Below are positions 16,582 through 25,647 of a stretch of DNA of 64,000 bases, piece after piece. Made by a program: the position numbers and the translations under genes. The stretch spans positions 92,467-156,466 of the forward strand of contig CAVTYS010000007.1 of the NCBI GenBank assembly GCA_963739025.1, read 5' to 3'. Origin of the DNA: an uncultured Actinomycetota bacterium (GTDB lineage Bacteria; Actinomycetota; Actinomycetes; Streptosporangiales; Streptosporangiaceae). The notes under the pieces are model-generated. The model saw only the letters and a list, made by a program, of their open reading frames with translations. It was not told the origin of the DNA and searched no databases. Position 1 is the first letter of the stretch; each line of letters opens with the position of its first letter.

Positions 16582-18243
16582 GTGGCCAAGGACACCGAGA
16601 AGCTCGGGCGGTACTGGGCCAAGCGCGATTTCGGCAGGACTCCTGAGCCGGCCAGCGCGCCGGCCGGGCAAGGGCAGGACGACGGCCAGCGCCGCTTCGT
16701 CGTGCAACGGCACCGGGCCAGGCGGCTGCACTATGACCTGCGGTTCGAGATCGACGGCGTGCTGGTGAGCTGGGCGGTGCCGAACGGCCCGACCCTTGAT
16801 CCCGCCGTCAAGCGGCTGGCCGTGCACGTCGAGGACCATCCGATCGAGTACATCGACTTCGAAGGCGTGATCCCGTCCGGTGAGTACGGCGGCGGTGATG
16901 TCATCGTCTGGGATCTCGGCACGTGGGAACCGCATGCCACCGATGATCCTGCGGCCGCCGTAGCCGCGGGTGAGCTGCACGTCGACGTCACGGGGGAGAA
17001 GCTGCGTGGCCGTCTCATCCTGGTGCGCAGCGGCAGCCGCGGCGGCCGCGGCGGCCGTGGCGGCCGGGCCCGCGGCGGGACGGCAGAACATGCCGGCGGC
17101 GAGTCCGAGCAGTGGCTGCTGCTGCACAAGGACGACGAGGCGGCGGTCAAGGGCTGGAACCCTGAGGACCATCCGCGGTCGGTGCTCAGCGGGCGGACCA
17201 ACGACGAGGTGCGAGCCGATCCCGACCGCATGTGGCGGTCGGACCTGCCGCCGGCCGAAGCCTCGATCGCGCTGCGGCCGGCGACGATCCCCGGTCCTGA
17301 CCAGGACGAGCTTGACGCGCTCGAGGCTCTCGGCGGCAACGGCAGCTGGGAGGTGTTCGGGCGCACGCTGCGGCTGACCAACCTGGACAAGGAGCTGTTC
17401 CCCGGCCGGCCTGGCGCGCCAGAAGGCGTGACGAAGCGGGAGCTGATCGGCTACGCGGCCAGGATCGCGCCCGTGATCCTGCCGTACCTGACTGGCCGGC
17501 CGCTCAACATGCACCGTTTCCCCGGCGGGGTATCCGTTCCTGGGTTCTGGCACAAGCAGCTGCCCGATCACGCGCCCGACTGGATACCGCGCTGGGACAA
17601 TCCGGAGGCCGAGCGCGGCAAGACGACGACTTACCTGGTCGTCGACGAGCCAGCCGCCCTGGTCTGGGCCGCGAACTTCGGCGCGCTCGAATGGCACGCG
17701 TGGACCGCGACAATCACCAGCCCGCGCAGCCCCAGCTACGCGCTCATCGACATCGACCCTGGCGCCTCGACATCCTGGGACGAGGTACTGGTGCTGGCCA
17801 GGCTGCACAGGACGGCGCTCGAGCACCTGGGCGTGCGCGCCCAGCCCAAGGTGACGGGACGCCGCGGCATCCAGATCTGGGTCCCGGTGACCGCGGGCCT
17901 GGCCTATGAAGACACCAGGGGCTGGGTCGAGCAGCTGTCGAAGACGATCGGCGCGGTCGTGCCCGACCTGGTGAGCTGGAAGTGGGATGTCAGGGAGCGC
18001 GGGGGACTGGCGCGGCTTGACTACACGCAGAACGTGAGTAACAAGACTCTCGTGGCACCGTACAGCCCGCGCGCGGCGCCAGCCGCGCCGGTCTCGGCGC
18101 CGATCGCGTGGGAGGAGCTCGACGACCCCGTGCTGCGCCCCGACGGCTTCACGATCAGGACGATCGGCGCTCGCGTAGCCGAGCGCGGTGACCTGTTCAG
18201 GCCGGTGCTCGGCGAGGGCCAGTCCCTGCCAGCTGTCGGCTAG
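16582..18243 (+). CDS. ligD: LigD-type 3'-phosphoesterase + polymerase/primase fusion (no ligase domain)
   Basis: PE domain KRDFGRTPEP...RFVVQRHRARRLHYDLRFE...VEDHPIEY. Pol domain LRLTNLDKELFPG...RLDYTQN. An RGG-repeat linker joins them. Confidence 0.85.
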   Translation: MAKDTEKLGRYWAKRDFGRTPEPASAPAGQGQDDGQRRFVVQRHRARRLHYDLRFEIDGVLVSWAVPNGPTLDPAVKRLAVHVEDHPIEYIDFEGVIPSGEYGGGDVIVWDLGTWEPHATDDPAAAVAAGELHVDVTGEKLRGRLILVRSGSRGGRGGRGGRARGGTAEHAGGESEQWLLLHKDDEAAVKGWNPEDHPRSVLSGRTNDEVRADPDRMWRSDLPPAEASIALRPATIPGPDQDELDALEALGGNGSWEVFGRTLRLTNLDKELFPGRPGAPEGVTKRELIGYAARIAPVILPYLTGRPLNMHRFPGGVSVPGFWHKQLPDHAPDWIPRWDNPEAERGKTTTYLVVDEPAALVWAANFGALEWHAWTATITSPRSPSYALIDIDPGASTSWDEVLVLARLHRTALEHLGVRAQPKVTGRRGIQIWVPVTAGLAYEDTRGWVEQLSKTIGAVVPDLVSWKWDVRERGGLARLDYTQNVSNKTLVAPYSPRAAPAAPVSAPIAWEELDDPVLRPDGFTIRTIGARVAERGDLFRPVLGEGQSLPAVG

Positions 18244-18280
18244 CGGTCAGGCGGCAGCTCATGGCTGACCAGGGGACCCG

Positions 18281-18868
18281 CTAGAGCCGCCAGCCTCTGA
18301 TGGCCGCTGGCGGCTCCCCTGCGACCGCCGAGTGCGCCCGGCACACCTCGGTAAGCAGGTCGAACTGGCCGGCGCCGGTGACCGACGCGACCGGGTACGC
18401 GCACAGCAGGGAGAACGGGAACTGGGCGGAGAGTTCGTTCCACATCGCCTCGACCTCGATCGCGGTGCCGACCTGGCCGCCGTCCCAGAGCACGGCGACC
18501 ATCTCACCGAAGATCCGCACGGGCTGACCGGCCTGCGCCGCGCGCCGGATGACGGGGGTGATCACGGCCCAGAAACTGGCCGGGTCCGCGTGCGCGTCCA
18601 CCACGAAGGCCTCAATGGTGTCGCTCGCGTCCAGGTCAAAGTAGGTACCGGCGGACCTGGCCGCCGCGAGGTCGACGCCTGCTCGCACCAGGTCCCTGGC
18701 GAGTGCGAGACGGTGCTCCCAGGTGCCGACGACGATCGCCGCGCCGCCGTCACGCAGGGCGCCGAGCAGGTACTCGGCTGCGATCTCGGTCAGTTCCTTG
18801 TCGTGCCTGTAGAAAACTACGAGATGGTCTCGGGGGCCAGTGTGGAGGGCCTCAACCTGCGAGTCCAC
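18281..18868 (-). CDS. MEDS-domain protein (sensory domain only)
   Basis: HLVVFYRHDKEL...IVVGT...VRIFGEMVAVLW resembles the N-terminal half of the RsbA-like protein. AAGGAG RBS and GTG start. Confidence 0.7.
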   Translation of the reverse strand: MDSQVEALHTGPRDHLVVFYRHDKELTEIAAEYLLGALRDGGAAIVVGTWEHRLALARDLVRAGVDLAAARSAGTYFDLDASDTIEAFVVDAHADPASFWAVITPVIRRAAQAGQPVRIFGEMVAVLWDGGQVGTAIEVEAMWNELSAQFPFSLLCAYPVASVTGAGQFDLLTEVCRAHSAVAGEPPAAIRGWRL

Positions 18869-18973
18869 GACTTACTCCAAGTTCTCCTTAGCTTCCGGCT
18901 GATCCGCAACTTCCCTATATACCGTGCCGTGCGCGATTCATGCGCGCATGCAGGCCGCAATTGGCGCGGCTGA

Positions 18974-19633
18974 TCAGCCGCGGCGGCGGGAGAGGTAACC
19001 GGCGATGCCCTCCTCGGCCTGGCTGGCGATGAACGCGCCGCGGACTGTCACGAGGATCTCATCGGCGTGGTCGAGGCAGGCCCACAATGAGTCTCCGGCG
19101 GCGTCGGCCAGCTTGACGCTTGCCTGCAGCCCGCACTGGTTGCCGTCGATGTCGGTGACGTGGCAGACGGGCGTGCTGTCGCCGCGGGACGCCACGACGG
19201 CGGCCGCCTCCTTCAAGAGCGAGAAGTGCGGCGAGGCGTCGTCGGTCACCGGTGGCTGGGTGGCCGATCGCTTGCGCTGGCCTAGCAGCACGGTGTTGCC
19301 GTCGGGGTCGACCAGCTTGGCCTCGCCGCCCTCCGCGTGTGACGGGTAGCCCATGTGCAAGACGTCCACCCCGCCGCCGCGGACCTGCGCGATGGCCGCG
19401 TCCACGTCGTCGAAGTAGAAGTAGAACAGCAGCGGAAGCCGCGGGATCTCCAGCGGCGGGGTCGTCGAGGTGAGCAGCACCATGTACTTGCCTTGGTGCA
19501 GCGCGGACCAGGCGGACGTCTCGCCCTTACCGCTCGACTGCTCATCGAAGCCGAGCAGGCCGTAAAAGCGCCGCGACACGTCGATGTCCCGCACGTACGT
19601 CGCGGCAACCATCTCCTGCAAGGCGGGCGCCAT
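18974..19633 (-). CDS. VOC/glyoxalase-family protein with a C-terminal extension
   Basis: VRDIDVSRRFYGLLGF...KLVDPDGNTVLL. The ATG at 19633 is chosen so the gene does not overlap the upstream gene. Confidence 0.7.
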   Translation of the reverse strand: MAPALQEMVAATYVRDIDVSRRFYGLLGFDEQSSGKGETSAWSALHQGKYMVLLTSTTPPLEIPRLPLLFYFYFDDVDAAIAQVRGGGVDVLHMGYPSHAEGGEAKLVDPDGNTVLLGQRKRSATQPPVTDDASPHFSLLKEAAAVVASRGDSTPVCHVTDIDGNQCGLQASVKLADAAGDSLWACLDHADEILVTVRGAFIASQAEEGIAGYLSRRRG

Positions 19634-19700
19634 TGGCACAACATACTCGGGTTGGCCGCGCCGGGGCCGACGTAGGTCTAGAGCGGTGTGCGGCCTCCGG

Positions 19701-20087
19701 TCAGGGGCGCCGGTCCGCAAGAACGCAGAACTCGTTCCCCTCAGGATCGGCAAGAACTACCCAGCTCACATCGCCCTGGCCGACGTCGGCATGTCGGGCA
19801 CCTAGGTCGAGGAGCCGGCGGACCTCTTCGTCTTGCTCCCTGTCGGTTGGGTTGACGTCGAGATGGAGCCTGTTCTTGACGGTCTTGCCCTCGGGAACCT
19901 GCGCGAATGTCAACGTCGGCGGCACGGGGCCACGGTGATTCTTGCCTTCAGGCACCAGAAGCGAGCCAATCGTGACAGTTCCGTCGTCTTCGTCTAGCAC
20001 CTCGTAGTCAAGGACCGAGCACCAGAACCGGGCGAGACCGCCGGGATCAGTACAGTCGATCGCGAGCTCGGTGAACTTACTGGTCAT
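19701..20087 (-). CDS. VOC/glyoxalase-like domain protein
   Basis: LAIDCTDPGGLARFW...RLHLDV...LADPEGNEFCV. Confidence 0.8.
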   Translation of the reverse strand: MTSKFTELAIDCTDPGGLARFWCSVLDYEVLDEDDGTVTIGSLLVPEGKNHRGPVPPTLTFAQVPEGKTVKNRLHLDVNPTDREQDEEVRRLLDLGARHADVGQGDVSWVVLADPEGNEFCVLADRRP

Positions 20088-20201
20088 GTCAGGACCTCCC
20101 GGTCACGTAGCGGCTCCGCCAAAGGCCACACGCAGATCGCAGTGTCCGACAGCGAGGGGGCGCAATCGAATATACGTTTGAATTGCCACTATACTGAGGC
20201 C

Positions 20202-20843
20202 ATGACGAGCGCGTTCCAGGCATCACTCTTCGACGCGGACCTGGACAGCGGTCCAGGGACCGGCCGGTTCGGCGAACTCGACGAGTCGGCCAGGATCGGA
20301 TTGTCGCACGGTGCCTGGCTCGACATCGTGCCCGGCTGGCTGCGCGGCGCCGACGACCTTTTCGAGCGCATGATCGATGCCGTGCCGTGGCGCGCCGAGC
20401 GCAGGTGGATGTACGACCAGGTTGTTTCTGTCCCCAGGCTGCTCTGTTACTACGGCGCTGACGAGCCGATGCCGGATCCTGTCCTGGCCGACGCACGTCG
20501 CGCTCTGGACGAGCATTACCGCCCGGAGATTGGTGAATCACTCTGCACGGCAGGGTTGTGCCTGTACAGGGACGGAAGGGACAGCGTGGCATGGCACGGT
20601 GACACCTCGGGCCGGCGAGTGCGGGAGACCGTGGTCGCGATCGTGTCGCTGGGCTCGCCACGCGCCCTGCTGCTGCGCCCGCGCGGTGGCGGCGGCCAGG
20701 CGCTGCGGTACCTGCTCGGCCACGGCGACCTGCTCGTGATGGGCGGCACGTGCCAGCGCACCTGGGAGCACGCGGTGCCCAAGACGGCCAGGCCGGCCGG
20801 GCCGCGGATCAGCGTTCAGTTCCGCCCGGCCGGAATCCGGTAG
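20202..20843 (+). CDS. alkB: Fe(II)/2-oxoglutarate-dependent dioxygenase, AlkB-like
   Basis: VAWHGD (HxD), WEHAVPK (distal His) and RISVQFR (2OG-binding Arg). Confidence 0.75.
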   Translation: MTSAFQASLFDADLDSGPGTGRFGELDESARIGLSHGAWLDIVPGWLRGADDLFERMIDAVPWRAERRWMYDQVVSVPRLLCYYGADEPMPDPVLADARRALDEHYRPEIGESLCTAGLCLYRDGRDSVAWHGDTSGRRVRETVVAIVSLGSPRALLLRPRGGGGQALRYLLGHGDLLVMGGTCQRTWEHAVPKTARPAGPRISVQFRPAGIR

Positions 20844-20960
20844 CGGTTTCCGCAGGCGTGGCGCCCGTTTCTGGCCTCCGCCCTGTCGCGAGCGTGCAAT
20901 GACCGGCTTTCGCCAGTTCGCGATCACGTCTACTCTGTGCTCTCAGGAGGCCCGTAGCAC

Positions 20961-23900
20961 ATGCTGCACGTCTGCGTCCTGGGGGAGCAGTCGATTACCG
21001 ACGAGCGGACCGCAAACGTGCGGATCCGGTCGTCCCGTACGGTTGCGCTCATTGGCTTCCTGGCCGCGCACTCTGGGTCGCCGCAGACGCGGCAGCGGAT
21101 CGCCGGGCTGTTCTGGCCGGAGTCGTCTGACGGGCAGGCGCTGACCAACCTGCGCCGCGAACTGCACAACCTGCGCCATGTCATCGGCGACGATCCCTCG
21201 CTGGTCGTGACGCCGCGTGACCTGTGCTGGCGTGACAGCGACACCTGCCGGGTTGACCTGCGCGTCTTCAACACCGAGCGCACGGCAGCGCTGGCAGCGG
21301 CCGCCGGCGGCGACGCCGTGGCTGCGCTCGCGCACGGTGAGGCGGCCATCGGCCAGTATCGCGGCGAGTTCCTGCCGGGGAGCTATGACGACTGGCTGCT
21401 CGAGATCAGGTCCGAGCTGGTGCGGCAGTGCGCTGACCTGTGCGACCTGATCAGCGAGACCAGGGCGGGCAGCGGTGACCTGACCGGGGCAGCAGCCGCG
21501 GCCCGCCGCCGGATCCAGCTGCAGCCGCTCGAAGAGGTCGGCTATCGCATGCTGATGCGGCTGCAGGCAGATCTGGGCGACAGGGCTGGTGCGCTGAGTA
21601 CCTATCATCACTGCGCGTCAGTGCTGGAGCGCGAGCTTGGCGTCGTGCCCGACGGGCCGACCCAGGAGCTGCTCGAGCGGCTAATGAGCCCGGCCGAGCG
21701 GGCAGCGGAGCCGCGAAGGGCCAGGCCAACGCCGCACAAGCCGGCCCCTGCGGCCAGGCCGGGAGCCGCACATCTGGTCGGCCGGTCGCGCGAGCTCGGC
21801 CTGCTGCGTGAGCGGTGGCAGGCGGCGGCCGCCGGGCAGCCGGGCCTGGTCGTGGTGCGCGGCGGCGCGGGAGTCGGCAAGTCCCGCCTCGTAGCGGCGG
21901 TGGCCGAGCAGGCAAGGAACCAGGGCGCCGTCGTCGCCGCGACCCAGTGTTTCGCGACGCCGGGGCGGCTCGCGCTAGCGCCGGTGGCTGACTGGCTGCG
22001 GAACCCGGTCGTCAGACCGGGGGTAGCCGCGCTCGGTGAGGCCTGGCGGGCCGAGGTCGACAGGCTGGTGCCGTCAGGGCACGGCCAGGGCGACAACCTG
22101 GCCAGCTCCCGGGCGATGGTTGACGCCTGGCAGCGGCACCGGTTCTTCGAGGGCCTGGCTCGCGCTCTGGCCTCGGCTGGCCGGCCGACCCTGCTGATCC
22201 TGGACAACCTTCAGTGGTGCGACGAGGAAACGCTGGCGTTCCTGGCGTTCGGCCTGGCGCTGGACCAGGCCGCGCCGCTGCTGGTCACGGCCACGCTGCG
22301 GGACGACGGATCCGACGACGATGCCGCGCCGACCGACTGGGTCGCCAGGATGCGGATGAGCGGCCTGCTGTCCGAGCTGGCGCTGGCGCCGCTCGAAGCT
22401 CCGGATACCGCGCTGCTGGCCTCGACGATAGCGGGCCGTCCGCTGCGCGAGCCGGATGTGGCGCTGCTCCAGGCCACCACCGGGGGGTTCCCGTTGTACA
22501 TCGTGGAGGCCGTGCGCGGCAGCCAGGACCTCAGCCACAGCTCGGTGCCGGTGGGCGATCTGTCCGCGGTGCTGCGGAACCGCATCGGCCAGGTCAGCGC
22601 CCCGGCGCGGGAGATCGCGGGCCTGGCCGCCGCAGTGGGCACGGACTTCACCCTTGACCTGCTGACCGAGGCGAGCGACCTGGACGCCGACGACGTGGTC
22701 GAGGCCGTGGACGAGCTGTGGCGACGCCGGATCGTGCAGGAGTTCAGGGACGGCTACGACTTCTCCCACGACCTCTTGCGTGACACTGCCTACGGCCAGG
22801 TCAGCCCGCCCAGGCGGTGGCTGCTGCACCGGCGGATCGCCCAGGGACTCGAACTGCTGCACCCGGACGGGACCGACGAGGTCGCCGCGCAGCTGGCCGA
22901 GCAGTACGCCCGCGGCGGGCGGCCTGGGCGAGCTGTGGCCTACTACGGCCGCGCCGCCGACCTCGCGGCACGGGTGTTCGCGCATGCCGAGGCGATCAGG
23001 CTGCACAAGCAAGCGCTGTCGGTGGTGAGCTCGCTGCCAGCCGGAGTCGACAGGGATAGCCGCGAGCTGGCGATTCTCGAAGCGATCGCGGCGCCGCTGA
23101 ACGCCAGGTACGGCTATGCGTCAGAAGAGCTCCAGCAGACCCTGGAGCGGTCGATCTCGCTCGCGCAGTCGCTCGGGCGCAAGGACGCGCTGACGACCGG
23201 CCTGGTGGCGCTGAACACCTCACAATTCGTGCAGGGCCGCACCGCCGACAGCCACAAGACCGCGTTGCGGGCCCTGGCCCTGGCCGAACCAGGGTCACAG
23301 CTGAGCGGGCACGCACACTTCGGTGTCGGCGGGGCGGCGCTCAGCCTGGGCAGGCCGGCCGAGGCGCTCGAGCACTTGGACCTGGCGGCTCAGCAAGCCG
23401 CCGGTTCGATGTGGCTGACGGTCGGCACCAGGCCTGATCTGCACAGCGCCGCATGGAAGGCGCACGCGCACTGGCTGCTCGGCCACGACGACCAGGCCCT
23501 CGCCGTCTGCGGCGAGGCGATCGCGGACGGACGCACCATCGGCCATCCCTACAGCATGGCCGTCGTGCTGGCCTATGCCGGCATCACGTACCAGGTCTGC
23601 GGCCGGCTGCCCGAGCTGACCGAGACCGTGGCAGAGCTGCACGAGCTGTGCGAGCGGCACGACTTCGCCTACTACCGCGAATGGGGCCTGATCCTGGCCG
23701 GCTGGTCGCGGGGCGACGAGTCCGGCATCCCCCTGATCAGGCGGGGCATCAGCAACCTGCGGTCCGCTGGGGCGTTCGCGAGGATGCCGTACTGGCTCTT
23801 GCTGCTCGCTGATCTGCTCGTGCGGACCGGCCAGCGGGACGCCGCGCGCGCCACGCTCGACGCCGCCGTCGCCACCGGCCAGTCGCACGACGACCTGTGG

Positions 23901-24131
23901 TGGCTGCCTGAGGTGCTGAGGATGCGCGCCTTGCAGGAAGACGACGAGCAGGCGGCGCTGTCCAGGCTGCGGGCAGCGGCGGCGCTTGCCTCGGCGCATG
24001 GCAGCGTGGGGCTGTCGCGTCGCTGCGAGCGCGATATCGCGGCGCGCGGCGTTCGCACGGTGCCTCCCGGCGTTCACACGGGGCCCCCCGGCGTTCGCAC
24101 TGGGCCAGCTGGCGTTCGCCCGGAGGGCTGA
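20961..24131 (+). CDS. Large AfsR/SARP-family regulator (wHTH-BTAD N-terminal, P-loop NTPase, TPR C-terminal)
   Basis: N-terminal SARP module (LFWPESSDGQALTNLRRELHNLR, BTAD), P-loop GGAGVGKSRLV and a helical-repeat C-terminus. The tail is GVRTVPP-type heptapeptide repeats. Confidence 0.85.
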   Translation: MLHVCVLGEQSITDERTANVRIRSSRTVALIGFLAAHSGSPQTRQRIAGLFWPESSDGQALTNLRRELHNLRHVIGDDPSLVVTPRDLCWRDSDTCRVDLRVFNTERTAALAAAAGGDAVAALAHGEAAIGQYRGEFLPGSYDDWLLEIRSELVRQCADLCDLISETRAGSGDLTGAAAAARRRIQLQPLEEVGYRMLMRLQADLGDRAGALSTYHHCASVLERELGVVPDGPTQELLERLMSPAERAAEPRRARPTPHKPAPAARPGAAHLVGRSRELGLLRERWQAAAAGQPGLVVVRGGAGVGKSRLVAAVAEQARNQGAVVAATQCFATPGRLALAPVADWLRNPVVRPGVAALGEAWRAEVDRLVPSGHGQGDNLASSRAMVDAWQRHRFFEGLARALASAGRPTLLILDNLQWCDEETLAFLAFGLALDQAAPLLVTATLRDDGSDDDAAPTDWVARMRMSGLLSELALAPLEAPDTALLASTIAGRPLREPDVALLQATTGGFPLYIVEAVRGSQDLSHSSVPVGDLSAVLRNRIGQVSAPAREIAGLAAAVGTDFTLDLLTEASDLDADDVVEAVDELWRRRIVQEFRDGYDFSHDLLRDTAYGQVSPPRRWLLHRRIAQGLELLHPDGTDEVAAQLAEQYARGGRPGRAVAYYGRAADLAARVFAHAEAIRLHKQALSVVSSLPAGVDRDSRELAILEAIAAPLNARYGYASEELQQTLERSISLAQSLGRKDALTTGLVALNTSQFVQGRTADSHKTALRALALAEPGSQLSGHAHFGVGGAALSLGRPAEALEHLDLAAQQAAGSMWLTVGTRPDLHSAAWKAHAHWLLGHDDQALAVCGEAIADGRTIGHPYSMAVVLAYAGITYQVCGRLPELTETVAELHELCERHDFAYYREWGLILAGWSRGDESGIPLIRRGISNLRSAGAFARMPYWLLLLADLLVRTGQRDAARATLDAAVATGQSHDDLWWLPEVLRMRALQEDDEQAALSRLRAAAALASAHGSVGLSRRCERDIAARGVRTVPPGVHTGPPGVRTGPAGVRPEG
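24048..24128 (+). repeat. Four 21-bp tandem repeats encoding GVRTVPP/GVHTGPP/GVRTGPA/GVRPEG at the regulator C-terminus
   Basis: GGCGTTC(G/A)C recurs at 24048, 24069, 24090 and 24111. Confidence 0.85.
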
Positions 24132-24147
24132 GGCCGCTGACTCCCGG

Positions 24148-24180
24148 CGAACGCTGCGCGAACGCGGCGGGTTCTAGCGT
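24148..24180 (+). promoter_or_regulatory. SARP-box-like element: CGAACGC-N4-CGAACGC, 9 nt upstream of the -10-like TAGCGT
   Basis: Perfect heptamers at 24148-24154 and 24159-24165 (11-bp period). TAGCGT at 24175-24180, then a GGAGGGG RBS and the ATG at 24223. Confidence 0.4.
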
Positions 24181-24222
24181 CGGCACGTCTGCTAGGCAAA
24201 AGGCTTCCGGAGGGGAACCCAT

Positions 24223-25647
24223 ATGACCACCACCACCGCACCTACCACGGCCGCGCCGTATGACGATCTGGCATCCAGCCTGCGCGGTGAGCTGATCGTG
24301 CCGGGCGACCCCGGTTACGACGCGGCGCGCGCCGTCTATAACGGCATGATCGACAAGCGGCCAGCCGCGATCGCCCGATGCCGGGACGTCGCCGACGTCA
24401 TCACGTGCGTGAACTTCGGCCGCGAGCACGGCGTCGAACTCGCCGTCCGCAGCGGCGGCCACAACGCCGGCGGCCTGGGCGTCTGGGACGACGCGCTCGT
24501 CATCGACCTGTCCCAGCTTCGCAGCACGACCGTCGACCCCGCGAATCACACCGTCAGGGCCGACGCGGGATGCACCTGGGGCGACGTCGACCACGCGACC
24601 GTAGCCTTCGGCATGGCGACGCCGTCTGGCTTCCTTGCCTCGACGGGCGTCGCCGGCCTGACGCTCGGCGGCGGCATCGGCTACCTGTCCAGGCGGTTCG
24701 GGCTGACGGTCGACAACCTCCTCGCCGCCGATGTCGTGCTGGCTGACGGCACGTTCGTGACCGCGAGCGAGACCTCGCACAGCGACCTGTTCTGGGCCCT
24801 GCGCGGCGGCGGCGGCAACTTCGGAATCGTCACCTCGTTCACGTTCCGGTGCCACGACATCGGCGAGAACGGGGTCATCATCGGCGGTCCCGTGCTCTAC
24901 GACATCGCCGACACCGCGGAGGTCATGCGGTGGTACCGCGAGCTGGTGCCGTCGCTGCCGGAGGAGCTCAGCGGCTGGATCGCTCTGCTGACGATCCCGC
25001 CGGCGCCGCCGTTCCCCGAGGAGCTCTGGGGACGCAAGGCGTGCGGGATCGTCTGGTGCTACACCGGACGGCACGATCGGGCCGACCAGGTGCTCGAGCC
25101 GGTGAAGAGCTTCGGCTCGCCGCTCGTGGTCGGCCTCATGGAGATGCCGTTCAACGTGCTGCAGAGCGCGTTCGACGCGCTGTACCCGGCCGGGCTGCAG
25201 TGGTACTGGCGAGCCGACTTCTTCAACGAGATCTCCGACAAGGCCATCGACGTGCACCTCAAGTACGGCGCACAGCTGCCGACCGGGCACTCGACCATGC
25301 ACATGTACCCGATCGACGGCGCGGCCAGCAGGGTGGCCGCGGGCTCGACGGCCTTCGCCTACCGTGACGGCGGCTGGGCTGGCGTGATCGTGGGCGTCGA
25401 CCCTGACCCGGCCAATGCCGAGCAGATCTCGGCCTGGGCCAGGGGGTACTGGGAGGAACTGCACCCGACGTCGGCCGGCGGCGCGTACGTGAACTTCTTG
25501 ATGGAGGAGGGCAGTGACCGGGTGAAGGCGTCCTACCGCGGCAACTATGAGCGGTTGTCCAGGATCAAGGACCGCTACGACCCTGAGAACGTCTTCCACA
25601 TCAACCAGAACATCGCGCCCGCAGGCGGCGCCGTTCCGTCAGCCTGA
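24223..25647 (+). CDS. FAD-linked oxidoreductase (FAD_binding_4 / BBE-like)
   Basis: AVRSGGHNAGG near the N-terminus. C-terminal YVNF...RIKDRYDPENVFHINQNI. Confidence 0.85.
   Translation: MTTTTAPTTAAPYDDLASSLRGELIVPGDPGYDAARAVYNGMIDKRPAAIARCRDVADVITCVNFGREHGVELAVRSGGHNAGGLGVWDDALVIDLSQLRSTTVDPANHTVRADAGCTWGDVDHATVAFGMATPSGFLASTGVAGLTLGGGIGYLSRRFGLTVDNLLAADVVLADGTFVTASETSHSDLFWALRGGGGNFGIVTSFTFRCHDIGENGVIIGGPVLYDIADTAEVMRWYRELVPSLPEELSGWIALLTIPPAPPFPEELWGRKACGIVWCYTGRHDRADQVLEPVKSFGSPLVVGLMEMPFNVLQSAFDALYPAGLQWYWRADFFNEISDKAIDVHLKYGAQLPTGHSTMHMYPIDGAASRVAAGSTAFAYRDGGWAGVIVGVDPDPANAEQISAWARGYWEELHPTSAGGAYVNFLMEEGSDRVKASYRGNYERLSRIKDRYDPENVFHINQNIAPAGGAVPSA

Noticed and set aside
16522-17826. 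434-aa minus-strand ORF
   Set aside because: It is antisense to the LigD PE-Pol gene.
20170-20201. TTGAAT / TATACT as the alkB promoter
   Set aside because: The spacer between the two hexamers is only 6 nt. TATACT, 6 nt before the ATG, could still be the -10 of a leaderless transcript, but I cannot support it.
20961-24131. Two SARP regulators as markers of a secondary-metabolite gene cluster
   Set aside because: No PKS, NRPS, terpene synthase, lanthipeptide or other core biosynthetic enzyme is visible in the 64 kb. I therefore report only the regulator-target pairs.
23749-25599. 616-aa minus-strand ORF
   Set aside because: It is antisense to the FAD oxidase and the SARP 3' end, and shows the same compositional artefact.
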